In this document: positions 31,203-41,320 of the stretch, piece by piece | How the letters are laid out: each line of letters begins with the position of its first letter | Position numbering within the stretch: the first letter of the stretch is position 1 | Source: an uncultured Gemmatimonadales bacterium | Lineage (GTDB): Bacteria; Gemmatimonadota; Gemmatimonadetes; Gemmatimonadales; GWC2-71-9 | NCBI GenBank assembly: GCA_963730185.1 | Contig: CAVSQW010000015.1 | Span: forward strand, 320,001 to 384,000 | DNA: 64,000 nt | Direction of reading: 5' to 3' | Position numbers and translations under genes: made by a program | The notes under the pieces: model-generated | The model's input: the letters and a program-made list of their open reading frames with translations, nothing else | What the model was told of the DNA's origin: nothing | Database searches by the model: none

Positions 31203-33929
31203 CTACCGCTCGGTGGCCCGCTCTCCCAGCGCGGCCAGCACCCGTTGCCGCTCCGATCTCGAGCCCACCTGATCCAGCACCCGCCGGAACGCCGGCTTCA
31301 CCGGGTCCGTGACCAGGCCGCGTTCGGCCAGGGTGCCGAGCACCCGGGCGAGCTCGTAGTCGGAGTCGATTCCCGAGGCCGCATCGATCACGTCGCCGAC
31401 CAGGGCGGCCGAGGGCTTGGGCGTGGTGAGCGCGGCCAGGAGGGCCTTGCTCCGCTCGTGGCTCGACTCGATCGAGCCGACCGCCTGGAAGTAGGCCGGA
31501 CGCATCGCCTCCGGGACGCCATGGGCCGCCTCCGCCACCTGGCCGAGCCAGGTGCCGAGCTCGTAGTCGGACTCGATGGTGCTCGAGGTCTCGAGGGCGG
31601 CTTCCAGGGTGGCCATCGACCGAGGGCCGCTCTTGAGGAGAGCGGAGAGCACCCGGTGCTTCTCGTAGTCGGACTCGATGGTTCGGACGGCGGCCATGTA
31701 CGACCGGTCGAACTCCCCGGTGACCGCCCCTCGGTCGGCCAGCCCGATCAGGAGGGTCGAGAGCTCGTAGTCCGACTCGATCGACTGGGCGATGTCGAGC
31801 AGCTGCCCGGTCAGGGTAGGGCTGATCGATCCGTGCTGGAGAATGGTGCTCAGCGCCTTCCGCTTTTCGTAGTCGGAGTCCATGGTCCGGACCGCGCCGA
31901 CGAACGCCCGCCGGGCGCCCTCCGGCTCGAGCAGGTCGGGCGGTACCGTCGCCAGCACCCGCCCCAGCTCGTAGTCGGACTCGAGACGGAGGCCGGCGGC
32001 CTCGAGCACGCGCGCCGCATCGCCGGTCGAGACCTTGCCTGACTCCAGCAGCGCCCGGAAGTACCTCCCGGCCGCCCAGTCGCTCCCGATCTCGCCGATC
32101 TCCTGGAGCACGCCGTCGACCCCCCGCTGAGCGAGGATCCGAAGGGTGCGCCCCTTGGCGTCGTAGCCGCTCCGCCGGATGTACTCGAGCACGAGGGCCG
32201 CCCGCCACCGCTCGAAGCCTGCATCCATCGGGGCGTCTCGCCGGGAGACGGTGTAGGTGCGCTCGAGCGAGCCGTTTCGGGCCCGGACGTCGTAGACCCG
32301 ATCGACGTCGCCTTCGGAGTCGGTGATCGTGAAGCGGGACCCGTTCGGGAGCGATGCGATGTCGTCTTCGGCCACCGTGAAGGTCGGCTTGCCGGTCAGA
32401 TGGATGACCACGCTACAGTCGTGACCGGTCCAGGCGACGAAAGAGTTGTCGCCGTCGCTGGCGCTCCCTTGACCCGTGATGCTCATCGACGAGGTGAGCT
32501 TCACGCTGCGAGCCCGTCCGTCGTTCACCATCGGACAGATCCGGGGCGATTGCCCAATGGCGCGCACCGGCCCGGTCGGGGCCGCGGCGGCGAGCCCCGC
32601 GACCGGGACCCGGCCGGGGGCCGCCGGGGTCCGGGGCGATGGCGCCACCGGCGCCGCCACCTCGAAGGTCGTCGCCGCCCGGGGGAACTCGGCGTCGGGG
32701 GTGACCGGGGCCAACGCCGCCAGCGGCAGGGTGATGGCGGCGGTCGCGGCCAGCAGGCCGCCTAACGCCCGGGGCCGGGGCCCGGTTCGGGGCCGGCCCG
32801 GATCCAGTACGGCCAGGAGCCGCTCCGAGAGGTGCGATCGGCGAGCCAGCGCCAGCCCGGCCGAGGCCAACCCGGGCGGGGCCTGGAAGGTCCGGGCGGT
32901 GGCCAGCAACGTCTCGGCGTACCCGCTGGCCCGTGATCCCGAGGCCAGCACCACGTCGTCGCAGGCGTGCTCCCGCTCCCGGCGCGCCTCGTGGAGGGCC
33001 AGCCAGGCCAGCGGGTTGAACCAGTGAAGCGCGCAGGCCACCCGGCCGAGGAAGTGGGTCAGGCAGTCGCGCCGGCGGACGTGGGCCAGCTCGTGAGTCA
33101 GGACGTGGCGGCGCTGCTCCAACGACCAGCCTGGTCCCGCCGCCGGGAGGAGCACCACCGGCGCGAGCATGCCGAAGGTGAACGGCACGATCGGCCGGTC
33201 CACCTCCAGCACCCGGGTGGAGCGGGGGAGCTCGCCGGTCCGCGCCATCTCGTCGAGCAGCGCCCGCCAGGCGGTCGTCGCCCGGACCGGCCGCGCGCCG
33301 CTCGCGAGCCATCGCACCGCCAGCTCGCCGAGGAGCACCCAGCCGAGCGAGAGGCCGGCCCCGATCGCCCAGATCCAGGCGGCCAGCCGTCCGATCGACC
33401 GCCGGGTTGGGGTCGGCCCGACGACGGCCTCACCGGCCGGGCCTCGAGCCGTCGCGGCCACGACGGGTGCTGCCGACGCGGAACCCGAGCCGGTCCCACC
33501 GACGTTCCGGGGGGCCGCCGGGGGGGTGGCGGCGGAGCGAGCCCACCGGACCCCGACGACCGCGGGGGCCTCCGGAGGCGTCGGTGCGGCGGCCGGTCGC
33601 GGTGCGGCCGGGACAGGGGCAACCACGGGGGCCACGGCCGCCGTCGGTGGAATCGGAGCGACCGCTGCGGCCGGCGCCTCGGCGGCGCCGACTCCCCGGG
33701 CCCACCCGGCCGTGACCGGCGCCGGGGCCCGGACCGGAACCACCCGAAGCGGCGGCAGGGCGAGCGCCAGGAGGGGAATCAGGAGGAGGCTCGCGAAGGC
33801 GGCGGTCCATACCGTGTGCCGGAGCGCGGCGGACTGATGGCGGAGGCCCCGGCTCAGGAGCAGCGCGACGGCCAACACCAGGGCGCCCTTGAGGGCGATC
33901 CCGACGGCGAGGGTGACGAGCGGTGACAT
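31203..33929 (-). CDS. M56 family (BlaR1-like) metallopeptidase with C-terminal helical repeats
   Basis: HELAHVRRRD, HWFNPLAW, EHACDD; about nine (I/M)(E/D)SDYE-type repeats. Confidence 0.92.
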   Translation of the reverse strand: MSPLVTLAVGIALKGALVLAVALLLSRGLRHQSAALRHTVWTAAFASLLLIPLLALALPPLRVVPVRAPAPVTAGWARGVGAAEAPAAAVAPIPPTAAVAPVVAPVPAAPRPAAAPTPPEAPAVVGVRWARSAATPPAAPRNVGGTGSGSASAAPVVAATARGPAGEAVVGPTPTRRSIGRLAAWIWAIGAGLSLGWVLLGELAVRWLASGARPVRATTAWRALLDEMARTGELPRSTRVLEVDRPIVPFTFGMLAPVVLLPAAGPGWSLEQRRHVLTHELAHVRRRDCLTHFLGRVACALHWFNPLAWLALHEARREREHACDDVVLASGSRASGYAETLLATARTFQAPPGLASAGLALARRSHLSERLLAVLDPGRPRTGPRPRALGGLLAATAAITLPLAALAPVTPDAEFPRAATTFEVAAPVAPSPRTPAAPGRVPVAGLAAAAPTGPVRAIGQSPRICPMVNDGRARSVKLTSSMSITGQGSASDGDNSFVAWTGHDCSVVIHLTGKPTFTVAEDDIASLPNGSRFTITDSEGDVDRVYDVRARNGSLERTYTVSRRDAPMDAGFERWRAALVLEYIRRSGYDAKGRTLRILAQRGVDGVLQEIGEIGSDWAAGRYFRALLESGKVSTGDAARVLEAAGLRLESDYELGRVLATVPPDLLEPEGARRAFVGAVRTMDSDYEKRKALSTILQHGSISPTLTGQLLDIAQSIESDYELSTLLIGLADRGAVTGEFDRSYMAAVRTIESDYEKHRVLSALLKSGPRSMATLEAALETSSTIESDYELGTWLGQVAEAAHGVPEAMRPAYFQAVGSIESSHERSKALLAALTTPKPSAALVGDVIDAASGIDSDYELARVLGTLAERGLVTDPVKPAFRRVLDQVGSRSERQRVLAALGERATER

Positions 33930-34318
33930 CAGCGTCCCTCCTTCTTGGCGCGATCGATCAGTCGGGCCAGCCGGTTGAGCTCGGGTTCCGAAAGCGAAGC
34001 CGCGGAGGTGTCCAACAGCGCGGCCATGGCCTGGGCGGCCGACCCTTCGAAGAAGGTGTCCACCACCTGGGTCAGCGCGCTGTCGCGGACCTGCTCGCGG
34101 GGCAGGGTGGGCAGGTAGACGTAGCGGGGACCGTCCTGCTCGTGGCGGAGGTGGCCCTTGTCGACCAGGATGCGGAGCAGCGCCCGGACCGCGCTGTAGC
34201 TCGGCGCGTCGGTCAACTGCTCCATCACCTCCGCGGCCGTGGCTCGGCCGGTCCGGTAGACGATGTCCATGATCTGCCGCTCGCGGCGGCTGAGGTCGAG
34301 CGGTGGCTTCCGGGCCAT
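33929..34318 (-). CDS. BlaI/MecI/CopY family repressor
   Basis: LSRRERQIMDIVY, YSAVRALLRILVDKG, VDTFFEGS; coupled to the M56 gene. Confidence 0.93.
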   Translation of the reverse strand: MARKPPLDLSRRERQIMDIVYRTGRATAAEVMEQLTDAPSYSAVRALLRILVDKGHLRHEQDGPRYVYLPTLPREQVRDSALTQVVDTFFEGSAAQAMAALLDTSAASLSEPELNRLARLIDRAKKEGR

Positions 34319-34334
34319 CGGTCCTCCCAGCAGA

Positions 34335-34368
34335 TGCTAAGAAACCAGCACTGCTAAGAAACTAGCAC
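34335..34368. promoter_or_regulatory. Tandem 17-bp operator TGCTAAGAAACYAGCAC x2 upstream of blaI-like gene
   Basis: Direct repeat of an imperfect palindrome (TGCTA-N6-TAGCA) overlapping a minus-strand TTGACG-N16-TAGTTT promoter (-35 at 34381-34386). Confidence 0.75.
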
Positions 34369-34429
34369 TTCCTGGCGGACCGTCAAGACCACGCCGGGCC
34401 GGCGGCGCGGGATGGGGCTTGGGATGGCC

Positions 34430-34816
34430 TCACGTCGCCGTCGGGACCCGCTTCCGGAGCCGGTCGAGATAGGCGATGGCGCCAGCCGTCATCGCGGGGG
34501 CCAGGATGAAGATCTCGAGGAACCGATACCAGGTCGGCTCCGGTCCAGCGCGGAGCACCAGCGACACGATCGCGACGAGGGCGGTGAGGGCCGCGACCGC
34601 CGAGGCATGGGCGACCGACCGCCATCCGGCGACGAAGGCGGTGAGCGTGCCGATCACCAGGCCGGCGAGGCCAAGCCAGACCACGGCGGCGAGCATCAAG
34701 AGCAGGCCCGAGCCCGCGTTGCCGCGGACCCAGGCCAGAGTCACGAAGATCAGGTCACCGACGGCGGCGAGCACGAAGCCGAAGACCAGTGCGACGGTGC
34801 TTCTGACGAGGCGCAT
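34430..34816 (-). CDS. Hypothetical integral membrane protein (about 4 TM)
   Basis: Hydrophobic segments from MRLVRSTVALVFGF onward. Confidence 0.7.
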   Translation of the reverse strand: MRLVRSTVALVFGFVLAAVGDLIFVTLAWVRGNAGSGLLLMLAAVVWLGLAGLVIGTLTAFVAGWRSVAHASAVAALTALVAIVSLVLRAGPEPTWYRFLEIFILAPAMTAGAIAYLDRLRKRVPTAT

Positions 34817-35068
34817 GGTCAACTCTTTCCCGGCCCGAGACCAGGACTCGGAAGGAACCGGGCACCATTTGACGACCCTCGCCCGGCCTCCGGAAGCTAG
34901 CGGGGATTTTCGTCCTTCGCTCTCGCCGCGAGCCCGCGCGGTCGGTCTTGGCTTGGCCAGCCTCGCGTTCGGGTGCCGGCAACCCGGTCGACGGGGCATG
35001 ACGGGCGGATGACAAGCGCCGCTCGCACGGAGGTCCCTTAGATTGGCGGGGATGCCCTCCCGAGCCCG

Positions 35069-35641
35069 ATGCCGACCCTCGAGCAGCTGATCTCCCGCTT
35101 CGGCCTGCCGACGGTGTTCGTCGGCGCCGCCCTCGAGGGCGACGCGACCCCGGTCATGGCCGGCGTGGTGGCTCATCTCGGGCTGGTCCGCTTCGGCCTG
35201 GCGATCGTCGCCGGAACGCTGGGCACGTTGGCCGGCGATCTCGCCTGGTACGCGCTCGGACGGTGGCGAGGTGACTGGCTCCGGGGCACCCGCCTCTACC
35301 GCGCGTCGGTCGGTCGGGTCACCCGCCTGGTAGACCGGGTTGGGGCGGCCGAGCTCTTGATGGCGCGGCTCGTGTACGGGACCCGGAACGCTTCGATGGT
35401 CTACTGGGGCATGCGCGGCCTGCCCCTCTGGCGGTTCCTGGTGATCGATGCCGTGGGCGCGGCGCTCTGGGTCTCCCTCCTTTCGCTGCTGGGGTACCTG
35501 GCCAGCGACCGGGCCGAGGCGCTCCTGGGCCAGGTGAAGGCGACCGAGCGCTGGCTCCTCGGCGGAGTGGTGGTCGCCCTCGTGGTCGTCGCCATTCATT
35601 GGGGTGTGAGTCGCTGGCGGACGCAGGCGACGGAACCCTGA
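35069..35641 (+). CDS. DedA (VTT domain) family membrane protein
   Basis: VGAALEGD, GTLAGDLAWYALGR, ARLVYGTR. Confidence 0.9.
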   Translation: MPTLEQLISRFGLPTVFVGAALEGDATPVMAGVVAHLGLVRFGLAIVAGTLGTLAGDLAWYALGRWRGDWLRGTRLYRASVGRVTRLVDRVGAAELLMARLVYGTRNASMVYWGMRGLPLWRFLVIDAVGAALWVSLLSLLGYLASDRAEALLGQVKATERWLLGGVVVALVVVAIHWGVSRWRTQATEP

Positions 35642-35715
35642 GCCCGGGCGGTCATGGCGACGTCATCTGGGGCCGGTAGCTTGTCTCCGAGACTCTCGCG
35701 TTTCTGGAACGCCCG

Positions 35716-36394
<679 letters not shown>

Positions 36395-36405
<11 letters not shown>

Positions 36406-37763
36406 TCGTCTCCGGCTCCGGTTCGCGGCCTGGTTCGCCCTCGCGTTCGCGCTGGGTATCGGCGCGCTCGAGGTCGGCATCTATCTGGCTCTCCGGCGCG
36501 ACGCCAGCCGACGGCTCTCCCGCGACCTCGTGACCGAGGCCGAGACGCTCTCCCGGTTCCTCGCCGGCGAGCTGGAAGAGTCTCCACGGGAAGACCTCGC
36601 CACCGTCATGGGCGACGGACTCGCGGAGTTTCTTCCCGCCGCGGACGTAGCGGCGGTTTACGACTCGGCCGGGGTCCGGATCGCCGAACACGGCGACCCC
36701 CGGGGTCGGCGACTCCTGCCGGTGACGCTTCGGGCCGGCGAGCAGGCCGCGGTCCGCGACTGGCCGAGCGGGGAGGAGCACCCGGTCCGGGTGGTGACCA
36801 TCCGGTATGCCGGTCCGCTGCCCGGGTCGGTGGCCGTGCTCGCGCCGACGGAGCCGATGTACGAAGCACTGGAGAACCTCCTCCGGTGGTTGCTCCTGAC
36901 CGCCCCGCTGGTCGCCGGGCTCTCGGCCGGCGGCGGCTATCTCCTCTCCCGGCGCGCCGTTCGCCCGATGCGCGACCTGGCCCGGTCCATCGGGGAGCTG
37001 CCGGCGGCCGATCGCGCCGCGCGGCTCCCCACCACCGGGACCGGCGACGAGGTGGACCACCTGGCCGTCCAGTTCAACGCTCTCCTAGACCGGCTCCGCG
37101 AGGCCGAGTCGCGGAACCAGCAGTTCGTTCGGGAGGCGGCCCATCAGATCCGGACCCCGCTCACCATCGTCCTGGGCGAGACCGACCTCTCGCTGGCGCC
37201 GGACGCCGATCCGGCCGACGCCGGTGCCACACTCCGCCGGGTGCAGGTCGCGGCCACCCAGATGAAACGCCGGGTCGACGAGCTCTTTCTCCTGGCGGAG
37301 AGCGAGTCCGACACCCGGGTCGTCCTCCGGGACGACGTGGATCTCGAGGGGCTGGCCTTCGAGGTGACCGACCTGATGCGGGGCCGGGCCGCGAAGACCG
37401 GGCACCGGCTCGAGCTGGAGCGGGTGGATGCGGTCACGGTGGTAGGAAGCGAGCCGCTGCTCCGGGAAGCCTTGGTGGAGCTCCTGGAGAACGCGTGCCG
37501 GCACTCGACGCCGGGATCGGGGGTCGCCGTCTCGGCCTACGTGGACGGCGAGTGCCGGATCGAGGTTCGGAGCGCCGGCGGGGCATTCGGGCTCGAGCGG
37601 GGGAGCCAAGCCGGCCCAGGGCGTGGGGCTTCGGATTCTAGGCTGGATTGCCCGGCGGCACGGGGGCCGGGTGACGGTGACGCGATCCGGCGACGCCAAT
37701 CTGGTGGCGGTCGCGTGGCCGGGCCTCGGTTCACCGGGCCAGGAGGAGCGGGTTACGGAATAG
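36395..37763 (+). CDS. Sensor histidine kinase (HAMP-HisKA-HATPase) with apparent +1 frameshift near 37600
   Basis: AAHQIRTPL, ELLENA; the G2 box QGVGLRILGWIARRHGG lies in another frame ending at TAG 37763. Confidence 0.8.
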
Positions 37764-37766
37764 GAA

Positions 37767-37839
37767 TGGAGCGGACCGGGATCGAACCGGTGACCCCCTG
37801 CTTGCAAAGCAGGTGCTCTCCCAACTGAGCTACCGCCCC
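37767..37839 (-). tRNA. tRNA-Ala (UGC), CCA not encoded
   Basis: GGGGCGGTAGCTCAGTTGGGAGAGCACCTGCTTTGCAAGCAGGGGGTCACCGGTTCGATCCCGGTCCGCTCCA; G3:U70 pair, TGC anticodon, TTCGA T-loop. Confidence 0.97.
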
Positions 37840-38018
37840 TCGTCTGGCATCAACTTACGCCGTCCCGCCGGCCCGGATCAACTGCGGCGGTCCGAGGCTG
37901 AAGCGATCTTGAACCTCGTGGGTATTGCCCCGGCCGGAGTTGGGAGCGACCTTTTCGGGAGCGAGACTCTTCCCGCGCGTCCGCGCGGACTCCAGATCGA
38001 CCACCAGGGAGAAGTCCT

Positions 38019-38582
38019 ATGAGAGGTCCGATGCGTCTGACCGCGATGCTCCTCGTTCTCGTCGGACTTGCCGGGTGCGCCAAGAGCTCGGCCGAAAGCG
38101 CCGTGGCTACCGCCGACAAGGCGATGGCGGCGATTCCCGAAGAAGCCAAGCTGGTCTCGCCGGCCCAGTTCAAGACCCTCACCGACACCCTGGCCGACGT
38201 GAAGGCGCGCCTCGAGAAGGGCGACTATCAGTCGGCTCTGATGGGAGCCCGCTCGATCACGGTGATGGCCCGTGACCTCCAGGCGCAGCTGCCGACCCAG
38301 AAGGCGCAGCTGACCAGCGCCTTCGAGACCGCCAAGAAGGAGGTGCCGGCTCTGGTCGACTCGGTCAAGACCAAGATCGCCGAGCTGGCGAAGATGCGGC
38401 GGCTCCCGCCAAGTATCGACCAGGCGAAGTTCGCTGCGCTCCAGGCCGATGCCGCCACCTGGAGCGACCGCTGGGCCCAGGCCGAGGCCGCCTTCCAGAA
38501 GGGGGAGCTGGCCGCCGCGATGTCCTCCGCCAATCAGATCCTGGGCAAGGCCCGGGACGCCCGGATGTTCCTCCAGATGTAG
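38019..38582 (+). CDS. Hypothetical alpha-helical lipoprotein
   Basis: Lipobox LAGC after a hydrophobic stretch; Ala/Lys-rich helical body. Confidence 0.8.
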   Translation: MRGPMRLTAMLLVLVGLAGCAKSSAESAVATADKAMAAIPEEAKLVSPAQFKTLTDTLADVKARLEKGDYQSALMGARSITVMARDLQAQLPTQKAQLTSAFETAKKEVPALVDSVKTKIAELAKMRRLPPSIDQAKFAALQADAATWSDRWAQAEAAFQKGELAAAMSSANQILGKARDARMFLQM

Positions 38583-38783
38583 CGCCGGGCGGCCGGTCCG
38601 GGCCCGCTCTACGGCGGGCTCGGATCGACGCGCCCTTCCCGATCGACTGCCCTCCGATTCCGCGCCGCGCCGCGGCCGAGTGCAACGAGCTGCAGCGCCC
38701 CCGCAGGCCCGTGCGTAGCGGAATGCAAACCAATCTGCGGGTTGGTGGTTGCCAACGCGTTGAATCCAAACGCTTTACCTCCA

Positions 38784-38798
38784 AGGCACATCGCTTGC
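38784..38798 (+). promoter_or_regulatory. Putative sigma54 promoter AGGCACATCGCTTGC
   Basis: GG-N10-GC spacing with GGCAC and TTGC, directly upstream of the prepilin gene. Confidence 0.65.
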
Positions 38799-38813
38799 CA
38801 CTCGGTCCGGCCC

Positions 38814-39311
38814 ATGGAACGGACTGGTTACCCCGAGCGGGAACGCTTGCTTCGGAATCGTTCGCCCCGCCAGGCGGGGTCGATGGGGTTCACCCTGATC
38901 GAGCTCCTGACGGTGCTCGTGGTGCTGGGCGGGCTCGCCAGCCTGGCGGTGGCCCGGACCAAGTACACCATCGATCAGGCCAAGACGGCTCGTGCCACGG
39001 GCGACATCCGAGCCGTGTCCAATGACATCCTGAGCTACGCGGCTGCCGGCGGCGCGCTCCCGGCGAGCCTCAACGACGTCGACCGGGGCGCCCTGATGGA
39101 CCCGTGGGGCCGCCCCTACGTGTACGTGAATCTGTCCTCCGGCGGGACGCCCCGGACGGACGTGTTCGGCGTTCCCCTGAACGCTGACTTCGACGTGTAC
39201 AGCCTCGGACCCGACGGGGCCACGGCGACCTCGGTCACCGCCGGGGTCAGTCAGGACGACGTCGTCCGGGGCAACGACGGCGGCTTCATCGGCCGCGCGA
39301 GCCGGTACTGA
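38814..39311 (+). CDS. Prepilin-type N-terminal cleavage/methylation protein (GspG-like)
   Basis: G/FTLIELL cleavage site, DPWGRPY, FDVYSLGPDG; start uncertain. Confidence 0.88.
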   Translation: MERTGYPERERLLRNRSPRQAGSMGFTLIELLTVLVVLGGLASLAVARTKYTIDQAKTARATGDIRAVSNDILSYAAAGGALPASLNDVDRGALMDPWGRPYVYVNLSSGGTPRTDVFGVPLNADFDVYSLGPDGATATSVTAGVSQDDVVRGNDGGFIGRASRY

Positions 39312-39313
39312 TC

Positions 39314-39943
39314 ATGACCAGCGTCAAACCCGACCAACCCGAAACCGGCTCGCCCGCGACGCCGTCCACCCCGGCGCCGGGCTACATCACCGGAATCGCC
39401 GACGGGAACCTGGCCCAGGACGTCAAGCTCCGCGACTTCCTGTTCGGGATCGGGGTGGTGTTCCGGCTGCCCAAGCTCACCAAGAAGGACCGGGAGCGGG
39501 AAGCGGCGGCCATCGAAGCCAAGAAGTTCAAGATCCGGATCCCGGTCCGGGCCATCGCCACCGTGCTGGCGCCGGTGGTGATCGGCCTGGCCGGCTACTA
39601 CGCCTACCAGCAGTGGAGCGGCGATCCGATGCCGCCCGCCGTGGTCGGTACCTGGTCGTCGGACGATGGTCGCTATGCCGGCCGGAGCTTCTGGCTCAAC
39701 GCCCAGTCGGTCGCGTTCCAGAACGGCAAGCTGGCGTCGGAGTTCTCGGTCCACCCAATCAAGAAGCTCAGGGTCAGTCAGGTGGCGGACACCACCTACC
39801 TGGCCATCAACTACGAGCAGGACGGAAGCCCGATCACGTTCTCGATCAAGTACCACGAGCATCCCGTGCCCGAGATCCGAATGGTGAACCAACCGAACGT
39901 CGGCTGGGAGCGGACCGGGAACGCACCGGCTGTCATGCAATGA
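39314..39943 (+). CDS. Hypothetical single-TM protein
   Basis: One TM segment (IATVLAPVVIGLAGYYAY) plus a beta-rich C-terminal domain; starts 2 nt after the prepilin stop. Confidence 0.75.
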   Translation: MTSVKPDQPETGSPATPSTPAPGYITGIADGNLAQDVKLRDFLFGIGVVFRLPKLTKKDREREAAAIEAKKFKIRIPVRAIATVLAPVVIGLAGYYAYQQWSGDPMPPAVVGTWSSDDGRYAGRSFWLNAQSVAFQNGKLASEFSVHPIKKLRVSQVADTTYLAINYEQDGSPITFSIKYHEHPVPEIRMVNQPNVGWERTGNAPAVMQ

Positions 39944-39946
39944 CGG

Positions 39947-40135
39947 TGGTGAGTGGGGAGTGGTGAGTTGTGACTTGGGAGGGAGTAGGGAATAGGGAAT
40001 AAGGGTAGGGAATGGTGGTTCCATCTCGCGACTCGCTCCCTGTCCCAACTCACCGCGCCCTAATCCCACCTGACCACCCGTAATCCCAACTCACCACTCC
40101 CTCCCTGCTCACCACTCACAAATCACGAGTCACTA
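39947..40135. repeat. Inverted pair of degenerate heptamer arrays (TGGTGAG/TAGGGAA type versus CTCACCA type)
   Basis: TGGTGAG TGGGGAG TGGTGAG TTGTGAC TTGGGAG GGAG TAGGGAA TAGGGAA ... CTCACCA CTCC CTCCCTG CTCACCA CTCACAA ATCACGA GTCACTA. Confidence 0.85.
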
Positions 40136-40161
40136 CCTCCTCTCTGGCCGCGGGACGCAGA

Positions 40162-40173
40162 TTTGTATACACT
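40162..40173. promoter_or_regulatory. TTTGTATACACT, copy of the TGTATACA operator, overlapping a TACACT -10
   Basis: Ends 6 nt before ATG 40180. Confidence 0.65.
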
Positions 40174-40179
40174 TTCCCG

Positions 40180-41286
40180 ATGCGCGCCCTCCAGAACCCG
40201 TACCGGATGCCGCCGGCCGACCCCCCGGGCGCCGGTCCCGCCGCCCGCGACTTCCACCGGTCGCTGCCCGGCTACGCCGCCACGCCGCTGATCCGCCGCC
40301 CCGACCTGGCGCGGGCCCTCGGCCTAGGCGATCTCTACGTGAAGTACGAGGGGGCCCGGTTCGGGTTGGGCGCCTTCAAGGGGCTGGGCGCCTCGTGGGC
40401 GCTCCACCGGTTGCAGGCGCTCCGCCCCGGCGGGCTCGGCACCGTGTCGACCGCGAGCGAAGGCAACCACGGCCGCGCGGTTGCCTGGTCGGCGCGGCTG
40501 GCCGGGATCCCGTGCGTGATCTTCCTGCCGAGGCACGCCGCGCCGGAGCGGATCGAGAACGTCCGCCGGGAGGGCGCTCGGGTGGTGCTGGTCGACGGCA
40601 CCTACGAGGACGTGGTGCGGCGGTGCGCCGAGGAGAGTGAGCGGGAGGGCTGGCAGATCATCTCGGACGTGGGGTACGAGGGATACCTGGAGATCCCGCC
40701 CCTGGTGGTGGAGGGTTATGCCACGCTTTACGACGAGGTGGACGAGGCCCTTGCGGCCGGCTCGTTGGCCCGGCCCGACCTGGTGCTGATTCCGGGTGGC
40801 GTGGGAGGCATTCTCCACGCCGGCGTCGACCACTACCGGCGTCAGCGGCCGGTGCCGGTTCTGGTGGCGGTGGAGCCGGCGGAAGGTGACTGCCTGACCG
40901 AGTCGATCGGGTCGCCTGGGGGCGAGCCCGCTGTCTCACGCGGCAACCGGCAGACCGGGATGGCCTGCCTCAACTGCGCCGAGGTGTCGCTGCCGTCATG
41001 GCCAGCGATCCGGGCGGGGGTCGATCTCTTTCTCGCGATCGACGACGGCTGGGCCGAGGAAGGCGTCAGGCGGCTCCACCGGGCGGGACCGGGCGGGACC
41101 GCCATCGAGGCCGGGACGTCGGGAGCCGCGGCCACCGGCGGGCTCATCGCCCTGATGGAGGCGCCCGAGTTGGCGGGGGCGCGGGCCCGACTGGGCCTCG
41201 GACCGTCGACCGTCGCCCTCACCATCTGTACCGAAGGCCCGATCGACCGGGCCGCATTCGAATCCATCATCGGGGCCGGCGTCTGA
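40180..41286 (+). CDS. Diaminopropionate ammonia-lyase family PLP enzyme
   Basis: FHRSLPGYAATPL, RFGLGAFKGLG, EGNHGRAVAW, GGVGG, MACLNCAE. Confidence 0.85.
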   Translation: MRALQNPYRMPPADPPGAGPAARDFHRSLPGYAATPLIRRPDLARALGLGDLYVKYEGARFGLGAFKGLGASWALHRLQALRPGGLGTVSTASEGNHGRAVAWSARLAGIPCVIFLPRHAAPERIENVRREGARVVLVDGTYEDVVRRCAEESEREGWQIISDVGYEGYLEIPPLVVEGYATLYDEVDEALAAGSLARPDLVLIPGGVGGILHAGVDHYRRQRPVPVLVAVEPAEGDCLTESIGSPGGEPAVSRGNRQTGMACLNCAEVSLPSWPAIRAGVDLFLAIDDGWAEEGVRRLHRAGPGGTAIEAGTSGAAATGGLIALMEAPELAGARARLGLGPSTVALTICTEGPIDRAAFESIIGAGV

Positions 41287-41320
41287 CTCCACGGTCGGTC
41301 CCCTTTTCATCGAGGTCATC

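Noticed and set aside
39907..39920. 14-bp match (GGAGCGGACCGGGA) to the tRNA-Ala 3' end as a possible att site
   Set aside because: Lies inside a CDS, on the 5' side of the tRNA, is GC-rich, and no integrase is present
39947..40135. CRISPR array
   Set aside because: Units are 7 nt, degenerate and spacer-less; no cas genes
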